Positions 52,178 through 60,881 of a DNA stretch of 64,000 bases are shown here, piece after piece (position 1 is the stretch's first letter; each line of letters starts with the position of its first letter). The stretch lies in the sequence record MN850579.1; one strand, written 5' to 3'. Source of the stretch: Escherichia phage mogra. Both the position numbers and the translations under genes were made by a program. The notes beneath the pieces were generated by a model that was not told the DNA's origin, searched no databases, and worked only from the letters and a program-made list of their open reading frames with translations.

Positions 52178-52356
52178 AATTAACTAAAGAAGAGAAAGCT
52201 AAACTGTTCGAACTTATCCATGACCTATTGGATGAGCAAGCAGCCACCAATGCGTATGATGAATATGCTCCTTTGACGGACGAAGAATATCAAGCATTGT
52301 TGGAATCATTTGACAGGAAAGAACAAGAACTCATTGACTACGTGAATTCACTATAA
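52174..52356 (+). CDS. Hypothetical small acidic protein
   Basis: 60 aa, ATGA overlap. Confidence 0.5.
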   Translation: MKLTKEEKAKLFELIHDLLDEQAATNAYDEYAPLTDEEYQALLESFDRKEQELIDYVNSL

Positions 52357-52365
52357 GGGACTCTT

Positions 52366-52947
52366 ATGGCTAGTTTAATTTTTACCTATGCCGCTATGAA
52401 CGCTGGTAAGTCTGCTTCATTACTTACTGCCGCACATAACTATAAAGAACGTGGCATGGGTGTATTAGTTCTTAAACCGGCTATTGATACTCGCGATTCA
52501 AAAGGTGAAATAGTCTCTCGTATTGGTATTCGTCAGGACGCCAATATAATTACAAAAGACATGGATATCTTTGAATTCTATAAATGGGCTGCAGCACAAA
52601 AGGATATTCACTGCGTATTTGTTGACGAAGCTCAGTTCTTAACTACTGAAAAGGTGTATCAACTTAGTCGTATTGTTGACGTATACAATGTGCCGGTAAT
52701 GGCATATGGACTACGAACAGATTTTAAAGGTAATCTATTTGAAGGTTCTCAAGCATTAATGGCTATTGCCGATAAGCTTGTTGAACTTAAAGGGGTCTGT
52801 CATTGCGGTAAAAAGGCCACAATGGTAGCTAGAGTCACGGAAGACGGACTTCCAATTACAGATGGCAGTCAAATTGAAATTGGTGATACTGATAGATATG
52901 TGTCATTATGCCGGAAGCATTGGAACGATTTGACAGGGTTGTTATAA
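52366..52947 (+). CDS. tk: Thymidine kinase
   Basis: 193 aa; P-loop MNAGKSASL, C-terminal Zn ribbon CHCGKKA...LCRKHW; T4 Tk-like. Confidence 0.93.
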   Translation: MASLIFTYAAMNAGKSASLLTAAHNYKERGMGVLVLKPAIDTRDSKGEIVSRIGIRQDANIITKDMDIFEFYKWAAAQKDIHCVFVDEAQFLTTEKVYQLSRIVDVYNVPVMAYGLRTDFKGNLFEGSQALMAIADKLVELKGVCHCGKKATMVARVTEDGLPITDGSQIEIGDTDRYVSLCRKHWNDLTGLL

Positions 52948-52974
52948 ATACTAATATCTAACCAAGAGGTATAT

Positions 52975-53187
52975 ATGCAGCAATTAAACGAAAGACAACT
53001 TCGTAATCTTACTGTAACCCAATTGGATGAAATCCGAAGAGAATTAGGACATTCTATTTCTCATTTAAACGAGGATATCCGTCAAACTGGTTCTAAAGCT
53101 GATTATACACGCAAGCGCAAGCTGGAAAAATACCTCGCAGATGTTAAGGCCGTCCAAAGGCGAAAAATAAATACTGGCCAAAATTAA
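52975..53187 (+). CDS. Hypothetical protein (rI.1 position)
   Basis: 70 aa between tk and rI. Confidence 0.6.
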   Translation: MQQLNERQLRNLTVTQLDEIRRELGHSISHLNEDIRQTGSKADYTRKRKLEKYLADVKAVQRRKINTGQN

Positions 53188-53199
53188 CAGGAGGCCTAT

Positions 53200-53502
53200 A
53201 TGGCCTTAAGAGCGATAGCTGTCATGGCGATGCTGGGGTTTTTTGCAGCAACAACTCCTATCGTTGGTACTGCATATATCGACCCATATTTTGATAACTT
53301 TATGGAATCAGGGATTAAAAACGTATATACTTTGTTTGAAATTCAAAATGTCGAGAATTCTGAAAAATTCTATAAGTATATGGCAAAGCATTACAAAAAT
53401 AGTCCCTGTGATGATGCATTTGAATGTCATGAACAAGGCATAAAAACTGCCAGACAATTTGCCGAGTTCATGAAAATAAAATTAGAGCCTACATCTATCT
53501 AA
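53200..53502 (+). CDS. rI: rI lysis-inhibition regulator (antiholin)
   Basis: 100 aa; signal anchor plus DPYFDNFMESGIKNVYTLFE...SPCDDAFEC matches T4 RI. Confidence 0.88.
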   Translation: MALRAIAVMAMLGFFAATTPIVGTAYIDPYFDNFMESGIKNVYTLFEIQNVENSEKFYKYMAKHYKNSPCDDAFECHEQGIKTARQFAEFMKIKLEPTSI

Positions 53503-53508
53503 TTTACT

Positions 53509-53536
53509 AGCCCCTTCCGAAAGGTCGGGGCTTTTT
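53509..53536 (+). terminator. Rho-independent terminator after rI
   Basis: AGCCCC...GGGGCT hairpin + T5. Confidence 0.7.
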
Positions 53537-53547
53537 GGCATCTATCA

Positions 53548-53603
53548 GTTTACTTCTCCTCAGGTTGTGTTATAGTAAACCTTACTTACTAGAGGAGAAC
53601 GTT
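53548..53603 (+). promoter_or_regulatory. Early promoter cassette (PeSL-like)
   Basis: GTTTAC -35, TATAGT -10, TTCTCCTC/GAGGAGAA arms. Confidence 0.65.
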
Positions 53604-53783
53604 ATGTCACGTAAAGAAAAAATTTCTAAGTTAATGTTTTTGATTGAAGAGTACGCTAATGCGGTATCTGATTGGGAAAATGCTCATGGTTGCGAAGATG
53701 GAGACATCGACATTAACAGAGCTATGAAAAAGATGGCCGACGCCCACACCGAATTGCAAATGTATGTTAACGAGATTATGTGA
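53604..53783 (+). CDS. Hypothetical protein
   Basis: 59 aa; ATG after GAGGAGAA SD. Confidence 0.5.
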   Translation: MSRKEKISKLMFLIEEYANAVSDWENAHGCEDGDIDINRAMKKMADAHTELQMYVNEIM

Positions 53784-53790
53784 GGATATT

Positions 53791-54000
53791 ATGCTTTACG
53801 ATTATACTGGAAAATCTGAAGACGGTGTACTTGAACTTTTACCTGAAAGCGCTGAAGATGACGATATGGCGACGGTGATGTTTTGTAAAAATGGTCCCGG
53901 GGATAAGGGATGGATTTATCTTCGCCAAGAAAATGACCTAATTGTTTTAGACCCTAAACAAGTTGAAGAACTTTATCAACATTTAAAACACAATCGGTAG
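53791..54000 (+). CDS. Hypothetical protein
   Basis: 69 aa; GAGGA SD. Confidence 0.5.
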   Translation: MLYDYTGKSEDGVLELLPESAEDDDMATVMFCKNGPGDKGWIYLRQENDLIVLDPKQVEELYQHLKHNR

Positions 54001-54057
54001 TTTACATCTTGGTAGGACTATGTTATAGTAGTCCTATCAAAACGAACGGAGAACAAA
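54001..54057 (+). promoter_or_regulatory. Early promoter cassette (PeSL)
   Basis: TTTACA -35, 17-bp spacer, TATAGT -10 in TAGGACTA/TAGTCCTA hairpin. Confidence 0.7.
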
Positions 54058-54168
54058 ATGAAACTTTTGCTTATCGCTTATGTTGTAGTACAATACAATT
54101 ATCCGATGTTTACTTATAACATGGTAAACGGCATAGTGAATCTTATTGAAACGAGTATGGTAAAATGA
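54058..54168 (+). CDS. Small hydrophobic peptide (36 aa)
   Basis: MKLLLIAYVVVQYNYPMF...; below ORF-track cutoff. Confidence 0.4.
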   Translation: MKLLLIAYVVVQYNYPMFTYNMVNGIVNLIETSMVK

Positions 54169-54344
54169 CCCGTGAACAAGCTAATAAATTGATGGACCTT
54201 ATCCGTGACCTACGTGAAGCCGATTCAGATTTGAATGATGTAGCTTATCATGCGGTAAATGATAACGGAGACTTTTATGAAAATCAGGTTGACGCTTGTC
54301 AGAAGGCTTTGGTGAATTTTGTTGAAACTTTAATTGGTGAATAA
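54165..54344 (+). CDS. Small hypothetical protein (59 aa)
   Basis: ATGA-coupled; MTREQANKLMDLIRDLREADSDLND... Confidence 0.45.
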   Translation: MTREQANKLMDLIRDLREADSDLNDVAYHAVNDNGDFYENQVDACQKALVNFVETLIGE

Positions 54345-54345
54345 T

Positions 54346-54876
54346 ATGAAAACTGTAATTGAAACAACCGAGTTGTTTGGCGATTTATGTATCGAAAAAC
54401 GTGGTTATGCTTACGTTCTGACACAAGAAGATGATGCTGTTACTATTCTTCCTATGGAACTGGACAAGATTTTGAAACTCAATCCGCCCGGCCATGCATC
54501 TGTAATTAACATTGATGAAGACCTTCAAGTTCGTTTTTATCACGGTCTTTATAGTGGGGTTAATATCGAAACAGAAGATGAATGCCTTTCTATCAATAAT
54601 TGGAAAACATTCGTCTCTAAGGTGAAAGAATTCATAGAATCTGAAACTGCCAAAAAGGCCAAACTTCAATGGGCTAAATGCCGTAATGCTTTTATTACAA
54701 ATCAGGACCGCCCTGACTATACAACAGTCCTAGGCGTTAATCCTTCTTATGAAGACGGTGATGTCGTAGTTATTCGCCAAACTGATGACCTTCGTCAACA
54801 TATCATTACATTAGACAAAGATGAAGCAGTTGCTCTTAAAGCTTATCTCGATTCTATTATCCCAACTTTGAAATAA
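54346..54876 (+). CDS. Hypothetical protein
   Basis: 176 aa from ATG 54346 (ORF-track start 54334 is upstream alt start). Confidence 0.65.
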   Translation: MKTVIETTELFGDLCIEKRGYAYVLTQEDDAVTILPMELDKILKLNPPGHASVINIDEDLQVRFYHGLYSGVNIETEDECLSINNWKTFVSKVKEFIESETAKKAKLQWAKCRNAFITNQDRPDYTTVLGVNPSYEDGDVVVIRQTDDLRQHIITLDKDEAVALKAYLDSIIPTLK

Positions 54877-54885
54877 GGAATTATT

Positions 54886-55359
54886 ATGATTATCAATGAA
54901 AACTCTTGGCACTTTAAAATTTATGCCGCGTTCAATAGTACATGGAATCGCCCGAAAACGTTGTGTGCTTATTTTTGGAAAACGTTAATCCCGGTATTGG
55001 CTGTTTCAATTATTGGATTTGCGATTTTAGCAGCAGTCACAATCATTGGCCAGGAAATTTTAACTAAATTCTTTGTTTTTAGCAGTCTATGGACATTAGT
55101 TCCGGCCTCAATTGGTGTAGGCATTTTAATTGTAGCAGTCATGGCTTTTATTGCTACAGGGTTAGTAATTGGTCCGTCTTGGCTGTTAGACAAATATAAC
55201 GACAGAAAATATTATAAAGAAATTGAGCTCATTGCGCAAAACCAAGAACGAATTAAAAATGGACTTGAGCCTATTGAACGTAAGAAATCATTAATAGGCG
55301 AATACCTTAAAGCTCGTAAAGAAAAAGTCTGTCCTACTCTTGAATATAAGGCTAAATGA
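54886..55359 (+). CDS. Membrane protein (multi-TM)
   Basis: 157 aa; three hydrophobic helices; basic C-terminal tail. Confidence 0.65.
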   Translation: MIINENSWHFKIYAAFNSTWNRPKTLCAYFWKTLIPVLAVSIIGFAILAAVTIIGQEILTKFFVFSSLWTLVPASIGVGILIVAVMAFIATGLVIGPSWLLDKYNDRKYYKEIELIAQNQERIKNGLEPIERKKSLIGEYLKARKEKVCPTLEYKAK

Positions 55360-56345
55360 TGAAAACAATTATGAAAGGCTACTTTGGTAGCCACCTTTAT
55401 GGAACGTCTACTCCTGAATCTGACGTCGATTTTAAAGAAATTTATGTCCCTCATGCTCGTGATATCTTGACCGGTAACGTTAAAGAACACATGAGCAAGA
55501 ACACGAATAACACATCTTCTAAGAACACAAAAGACGACGTGGACCATGAGTTGTATAGTCTCAAATATTTCTTTAAACTAGCTGCGGATGGTGAAACTGT
55601 CGCATTAGATATGCTTCACACTCCACAAAGTCTAGTAGTTAAATCTGATTTGCCTGATGTATGGAAGTATATTCAAGATAACAGGTCTCGTTTCTATACC
55701 ACTAACATGAAATCTTATTTAGGGTATGTCCGTAAGCAAGCTTCTAAATACGGTGTCAAGGGTTCTCGACTGGCTGTTCTTCGTCAAGCCCTTAAACGTT
55801 CTAATGAATGGGGACAATACTTTGATAATGGCGCAGTAATTCGTTTATCACATATGAAGAATGTTCTGCCTGTAGGTGAATTTGCTTCGTGGGTTGAAAC
55901 TGAAAACGAGAAAACAGGTAAGCAAACATTCTATAATCTGTTGGACCGTAAATTCCAAGACACATTAACCAATAAAGAGTTCAATGCCATCCTGGTTAAA
56001 CTAGAAGAGAACTATGGCGAACGTGCTCGTAAGGCAGAAGCTAACGAAGGTATTGACTGGAAAGCATTGAGTCATGCATGTCGTGGTGGACTTCAATTAT
56101 TGGAAATTTACAAAACCGGCGACCTGGTTTACCCACTTCAGGATGCTCCATTTATTCTCGATGTTAAGCTTGGTAAACATACGTTTAAAACTGTACAAGA
56201 ATTCCTAGAAGATATTGTTGACCAAGTTGAACAAGCATCAGAAAAAGCCGCTAAGAACGGTATGCAACAAAAAGTAGATATGAGTTTCTGGGACGACTTC
56301 CTTGAACAAGTCTATCTCGAAAATCATAATTCTTACTATAAATAA
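55356..56345 (+). CDS. Nucleotidyltransferase-fold protein (pol-beta superfamily)
   Basis: 329 aa; N-terminal GYFGSHLYGTSTPESDVDFKEIYV fits GS...DxD NTase motif. Confidence 0.55.
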   Translation: MMKTIMKGYFGSHLYGTSTPESDVDFKEIYVPHARDILTGNVKEHMSKNTNNTSSKNTKDDVDHELYSLKYFFKLAADGETVALDMLHTPQSLVVKSDLPDVWKYIQDNRSRFYTTNMKSYLGYVRKQASKYGVKGSRLAVLRQALKRSNEWGQYFDNGAVIRLSHMKNVLPVGEFASWVETENEKTGKQTFYNLLDRKFQDTLTNKEFNAILVKLEENYGERARKAEANEGIDWKALSHACRGGLQLLEIYKTGDLVYPLQDAPFILDVKLGKHTFKTVQEFLEDIVDQVEQASEKAAKNGMQQKVDMSFWDDFLEQVYLENHNSYYK

Positions 56346-56376
56346 ATAGATAAATAACCATTAACTTGAGGTAAAT

Positions 56377-56658
56377 ATGAAAAAATTAGTAATTGGTTTA
56401 TTCGCAGTAATGATGGCATTCTCTGTTGGTGCTACCACAGGTGCAACCGGCGGTAGTGCAGGAGCTGGTGGTAACCAGTCTTCTGGGCCTTCCAATGGTT
56501 CGGTAAATGCATCACATTCTCAGGGTATTGAGAATATCAGATCAAGCTATATTAATAGCACGGCCGGACAAGCAACTGAAGCATGGTCAAAGGGCCGAGT
56601 AGTTACTCGCTCCGTATTCTGTGATATGCCTAATTATGTTGCTAAGTGCGATAAGTAA
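56377..56658 (+). CDS. Secreted Gly/Ser-rich small protein
   Basis: 93 aa; signal peptide MKKLVIGLFAVMMAFSVGA; two C-terminal Cys. Confidence 0.6.
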   Translation: MKKLVIGLFAVMMAFSVGATTGATGGSAGAGGNQSSGPSNGSVNASHSQGIENIRSSYINSTAGQATEAWSKGRVVTRSVFCDMPNYVAKCDK

Positions 56659-56663
56659 ATGTG

Positions 56664-56683
56664 GGGACCTTCGGGTCCCTTTA
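56664..56683 (+). terminator. Terminator-like hairpin
   Basis: GGGACC-TTCG-GGTCCC followed by TTTAGGG (weak T-run). Confidence 0.5.
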
Positions 56684-56710
56684 GGGGGTTAAAATATTTT
56701 TAAAAAGTAG

Positions 56711-56776
56711 TGTACATGCTTTTAGGATATGTTATTATAGACCTATCGAAACGAAATGAGTAAATTGGAGAATAAA
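56711..56776 (+). promoter_or_regulatory. Early promoter cassette (PeSL-like)
   Basis: TGTACA -35-like, 17-bp spacer, TATTAT -10, leader AAATGAGTAAATTGGAGAATAAAATG. Confidence 0.6.
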
Positions 56777-57757
56777 ATGTTCAACGTTCAAATCAAAAAA
56801 GGTATCTATCGTAATAACGAAATCTCTGGTTCTTATGTTGCCACAAAGACCTGGTTCCCGGCAAAGCTTAATCCTGAATGTTCCCACTTAGGTGATGGTA
56901 AAATTTTCGTTATGATTGATGGTTCTGAACGTGGAGTATGGGTCTTCAAATCAGACATCGTAATGGAAGGAGTTGAGACGTCACCAGTTGCAGTTATTGA
57001 AAGCACTGAAGATATGAAAACTCGTATCAACAAACGCTTTAAAGTAATGAACATGATGACGAATGGCATTATCGATGGCAAAATTCGTTCACTCATTATT
57101 TCAGGTGCAGCTGGTATTGGTAAGACGTATTCTCTGGATAAAGCACTTAATAATGCTAATGATAACGGTTTCATCAAATACAAAAGCATTAATGGTAAAA
57201 TCTCCGGTATTGGCCTTTACGAACAACTTTGGCTCAACCGTGATGCAGACAGCGTTCTCTTAATCGACGACGTTGACGTATTCTCAGATATGGACATCTT
57301 GAACCTTCTTAAAGCAGCATTAGATACCGGCGATAAACGCAAAGTTTGTTGGAGCACTGCGTCATCTTATCTCGAGGATAAGGGTATTGATAAAGAATTT
57401 GAGTTTGAAGGTACTATCGTTTTCATTACAAACGTTGATATCGATAAAGAGTTAGAACGGGGTTCGAAACTTGCTCCACACCTTCAAGCTTTAGTATCTC
57501 GTTCAGTGTATCTCGACCTTGGAGTACACTCTAATGAAGAGATTATGGTTCGAGTTGAAGATGTAATATTATCTACTGACATGATGCAGAAACGTGGCCT
57601 GACGGATGCAGAAACGTACAAAGCATTGTCCTGGATGAAGGCTAATGTATCTCGTCTTCGCAATGTATCATTACGTACCGCTCTTTATGTAGCAGATTTT
57701 ATTTCAACTGATAAAGATGGTTGGGAGGAAATCTCTGAAGTAACTTTACTGAAATAA
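56777..57757 (+). CDS. AAA+ family ATPase
   Basis: About 326 aa from second ATG; Walker A ISGAAGIGKT, Walker B VLLIDDVD, sensor-1-like IVFITN. Confidence 0.7.
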   Translation: MFNVQIKKGIYRNNEISGSYVATKTWFPAKLNPECSHLGDGKIFVMIDGSERGVWVFKSDIVMEGVETSPVAVIESTEDMKTRINKRFKVMNMMTNGIIDGKIRSLIISGAAGIGKTYSLDKALNNANDNGFIKYKSINGKISGIGLYEQLWLNRDADSVLLIDDVDVFSDMDILNLLKAALDTGDKRKVCWSTASSYLEDKGIDKEFEFEGTIVFITNVDIDKELERGSKLAPHLQALVSRSVYLDLGVHSNEEIMVRVEDVILSTDMMQKRGLTDAETYKALSWMKANVSRLRNVSLRTALYVADFISTDKDGWEEISEVTLLK

Positions 57758-57773
57758 GCTTATAGGAAGTTCT

Positions 57774-57823
57774 GAGGTAACAAAAGCCATAAAGATGAAT
57801 AATCATATGGCTTACCTCAAAGA
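57774..57823 (+). other. Bipartite stem-loop downstream of the ATPase gene
   Basis: GAGGTAA...GCCAT / ATGGC-TTACCTC nested inverted repeat, no T-run. Confidence 0.4.
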
Positions 57824-57894
57824 AGGACACCAGGAACCTACTGAGGGCATAGAAATATTTAAAATAATGATGTACAAATCAAAGAGGATATGTT

Positions 57895-58182
57895 ATGGAT
57901 TTTATGCAAAAAATTAAAGCCGCAGTCGAACTGTATGCTCATCGTATGGTTAGTTCTACGATGCAATATAGCGAGGAGGTTCGCCAGGACTCTTCCTTGA
58001 AAGGAAAAACTAAAGCCTTAATTACCTTAGATCGTTTGCAAAAGAATGCCATAGAGATGCTCCAGTACGACAAGGGTGTATATAAGAAAGAACAGGAAGA
58101 GAAACTTAAATCTGAAAAATTACAAAAAATCCCGAAGTCTGTTTGGTTCAGTGGAAAAAATACCGAAAAAAGTTTCTTTTAG
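57895..58182 (+). CDS. Hypothetical protein
   Basis: 95 aa. Confidence 0.55.
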   Translation: MDFMQKIKAAVELYAHRMVSSTMQYSEEVRQDSSLKGKTKALITLDRLQKNAIEMLQYDKGVYKKEQEEKLKSEKLQKIPKSVWFSGKNTEKSFF

Positions 58183-58184
58183 TT

Positions 58185-58240
58185 GTTTACAAGGTCTATG
58201 GTTATGTTATTATAGACCTATCAACTACTGGAGGTAAAAC
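58185..58240 (+). promoter_or_regulatory. Early promoter cassette (PeSL-like)
   Basis: GTTTAC -35, 17-bp spacer, TATTAT -10 in loop of AGGTCTAT/ATAGACCT hairpin. Confidence 0.7.
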
Positions 58241-58768
58241 ATGAACGCTAAAGATATTTTCAACCTGGTAAATTATAACGACGGTAAATTTAAATCTGAA
58301 GCACAAAGTAAGTTCTTTAATGACATTGCTTATGGTAACGAGATTACCGTGGACGGAGGTCAGATTTTCAAATCTCGCTGGAATTGGATTGTTATCATCG
58401 ATTCAGTTGGAATTGTGGAAGTCTACAAAAACACTAACAAAAAACGTACATTATTCTGGTCTCGTGAAACTAACGAGAAGTACAAAAAGGATAAAGCATC
58501 TCGTTTATCCAAAGTAACCCAGGAAGATATCGAGTTTATCAAGAAAGATATCGAGATGTACGAAAATTTAATCGCTGAAGACCAGGCAGTACTCGATAAG
58601 TTTGATGAAATTAAAGCTTCTCTTGAAATCCCTGACTTCATGAAAGAAACAGTAAACGAACGATACGCTCTCACTTCAGAACGTATTGCAAACTATACAA
58701 AACAGAAAGCAGAACGTATTAGTACTCTTCGGAAATTTGAAGAACGTTTAAAGACGGTTCACGCATAA
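58241..58768 (+). CDS. Hypothetical protein
   Basis: 175 aa; SD TGGAGGT. Confidence 0.65.
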   Translation: MNAKDIFNLVNYNDGKFKSEAQSKFFNDIAYGNEITVDGGQIFKSRWNWIVIIDSVGIVEVYKNTNKKRTLFWSRETNEKYKKDKASRLSKVTQEDIEFIKKDIEMYENLIAEDQAVLDKFDEIKASLEIPDFMKETVNERYALTSERIANYTKQKAERISTLRKFEERLKTVHA

Positions 58769-58830
58769 ACGCTTTACCCAAGGACGGGTTATAATGGTTT
58801 TGAGTTCCAATTCAATCTGAGGAAATAGTT

Positions 58831-59826
58831 ATGAGCATTACATCTGATGCGGTAAAACATGAAATTAATGGTTTATGTGCTTCACAGATTAAAGTGTGGT
58901 TTAAAGACCATAACGATCGCAGAGCACTTAATTATGAGCAAATTGCTATCCAAGTTCATCAATTACTGGTTAGTAAATTTGATTTTCATATGCCGTCTGA
59001 AATCTATACTAATCTGCCGCGAGCACTTATTAAAGCGTGTAAAGGTTATGGAAAATCAATGGCTGATGGAATCTTCAGCGCGCTGAATAAACTTAACGTT
59101 CTGTCGATGATTAACTCTAACAACATCCTGAGTAATCTAGGACGTACTGATTTGTTCGGACGTGAACAGTGTAAAATGCCTTTGAAATGGATTGTTGCTC
59201 ATCTTAACGAGAACCAAACACGTTTTATGGCCGTAACAGCACGTTTACAAATGGGCCTAGATCGTCAGATGAACTTTAAAACTCATCCACGTTATTCAGG
59301 TTCAACTGACTTTTATAAATGTGAGCTTCAAAAGGTTGGTGGCAAAACTGTCTTAGTAGTTCGTGTAACGTTTGAAGGACGTCGTCAAGGATATTTTGAC
59401 ATAATCGGCTCTGGACTTAAACATTGTGGATTTATCGACGAAGTTGATATCAAGCGAGACGGCATTGGATACCGTATTGGGTATGTTTGTACTCTTAAAG
59501 AAGAGATTTCAGGACCAGCTCCAGGACTAAAAGACGTTAGATATAAAGACGAGCTCGTTGAAGAAATAAAAGAAGTTGAATATGATATCAACCAAGAAGA
59601 TGCTCTTAAAGACCTTATTGATGAACTGAACCAAGACGTTATTCCGGTTCAGAAATTTGAATCAAAACATGCTGAGCAAATCAAATACTTTGAAGCTTTG
59701 ATTAACGAACTTAATGTAACTATTCAACAGACTGACGATGAAATCTCACGATTAGCAGGCTTAAACGGTAAAAATAAAACAGAACGAGCTAATCTTATTC
59801 AAGTAGTAAAACTTCTTAAGGAATGA
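58831..59826 (+). CDS. Hypothetical protein with C-terminal coiled coil
   Basis: 331 aa. Confidence 0.65.
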   Translation: MSITSDAVKHEINGLCASQIKVWFKDHNDRRALNYEQIAIQVHQLLVSKFDFHMPSEIYTNLPRALIKACKGYGKSMADGIFSALNKLNVLSMINSNNILSNLGRTDLFGREQCKMPLKWIVAHLNENQTRFMAVTARLQMGLDRQMNFKTHPRYSGSTDFYKCELQKVGGKTVLVVRVTFEGRRQGYFDIIGSGLKHCGFIDEVDIKRDGIGYRIGYVCTLKEEISGPAPGLKDVRYKDELVEEIKEVEYDINQEDALKDLIDELNQDVIPVQKFESKHAEQIKYFEALINELNVTIQQTDDEISRLAGLNGKNKTERANLIQVVKLLKE

Positions 59827-59881
59827 TGTACAACCAAGGATGGTTGGAGTATAATAAATTTTTCAACATGAGGAATATAAA
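59827..59881 (+). promoter_or_regulatory. Early promoter cassette (CAACCAAGGATGGTTGG type)
   Basis: TGTACA -35-like, 17-bp spacer, TATAAT -10; upstream core shared with 60822 copy. Confidence 0.65.
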
Positions 59882-60817
59882 ATGGCTTTTATTACACGTA
59901 GAGAACTTATCAAAGAATTTACCTCGAACGCATATACTCCAGGACCTAATCCTATCCGTATGCCTGTAAAGACTCCTGAAGAGATTGAGGAAGTCTGTTC
60001 ATATTATGGGATTACTTCTCGTAAGTTTACTCAATTTGAATGCGTTACTAACACACCCGTTAAAGAGTTCATTAAAAATGGTGAGTTCAGCCGTTTATTA
60101 GCCAAACAGAAACTTCGTAATTTTTGTATTGGTGGTGAAGGACAATATTTCGCTAAGCAGTTCCGGAATAACCTTAACAATCTGATGGCCATTGCTTCTC
60201 GTATTCGTCCTCAAGCAATTAACATGAAACATTTGAAATATACTTACGATAAGTTAGAAATCATGGTTATCAGTGAGAATGAGTTCACTCTTACGTATAA
60301 ACCTAAGAATGATAACGTTGCTCGTGTATTCCACCAAGCGTTGGAAGTTTTAGGTGATAATATCCACCAGATTAAAGCAATTTATTCTCGTGAGCTTAAT
60401 ATTATCGACCCTATCAAGAATAAGGGCCATATCGCTATCCAGGCTCGTGTATCTATTGGTAAAAAGGTTCCTGCGCCATGGTGGCACAAAGACTCTGAAT
60501 ACTATCAAAATCTTAAAAAGGAAAATGCAACGTTCGAAGCGTCAATTACTGCAACCCCAATTGGCCATGCTGAAGTTCTAGGTGCATATTCTACTGCTCC
60601 ATCTATACACATTTCACCGTCGACTAAACTGGAAATCTCTAACGGTCTTCTTCCTGCCGAAGATTACCATTATAATCAAATCAAGGCCACTGTAGACCAA
60701 CTATCCGTTGAACTTGACAAAGCACAAGCTAAGCTTCGTGATGCTCAACAAGTAGTTACCAAGCTCCAGTTGCAGTACTCTAAACTTTTTAACGCAATGA
60801 ATGCATTAAAATCATAA
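59882..60817 (+). CDS. Hypothetical protein with C-terminal coiled coil
   Basis: 311 aa. Confidence 0.65.
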   Translation: MAFITRRELIKEFTSNAYTPGPNPIRMPVKTPEEIEEVCSYYGITSRKFTQFECVTNTPVKEFIKNGEFSRLLAKQKLRNFCIGGEGQYFAKQFRNNLNNLMAIASRIRPQAINMKHLKYTYDKLEIMVISENEFTLTYKPKNDNVARVFHQALEVLGDNIHQIKAIYSRELNIIDPIKNKGHIAIQARVSIGKKVPAPWWHKDSEYYQNLKKENATFEASITATPIGHAEVLGAYSTAPSIHISPSTKLEISNGLLPAEDYHYNQIKATVDQLSVELDKAQAKLRDAQQVVTKLQLQYSKLFNAMNALKS

Positions 60818-60821
60818 ATCA

Positions 60822-60881
60822 GTTTACAACCAAGGATGGTTGGAGTATAATGAGAACCTATCTTAACGAGAGGAAAATATT
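60822..60881 (+). promoter_or_regulatory. Early promoter cassette (CAACCAAGGATGGTTGG type)
   Basis: GTTTAC -35, TATAAT -10; promoter core duplicated from 59827 copy. Confidence 0.7.

Noticed and set aside
56756-56776. Upstream ATGs of ORFs 56756, 35417 and 41791 (conserved AAAATGAGTAAATGGAG leader)
   Set aside because: The first ATG is part of the cassette leader that supplies the GGAG SD for the second ATG; the second ATG was taken as start
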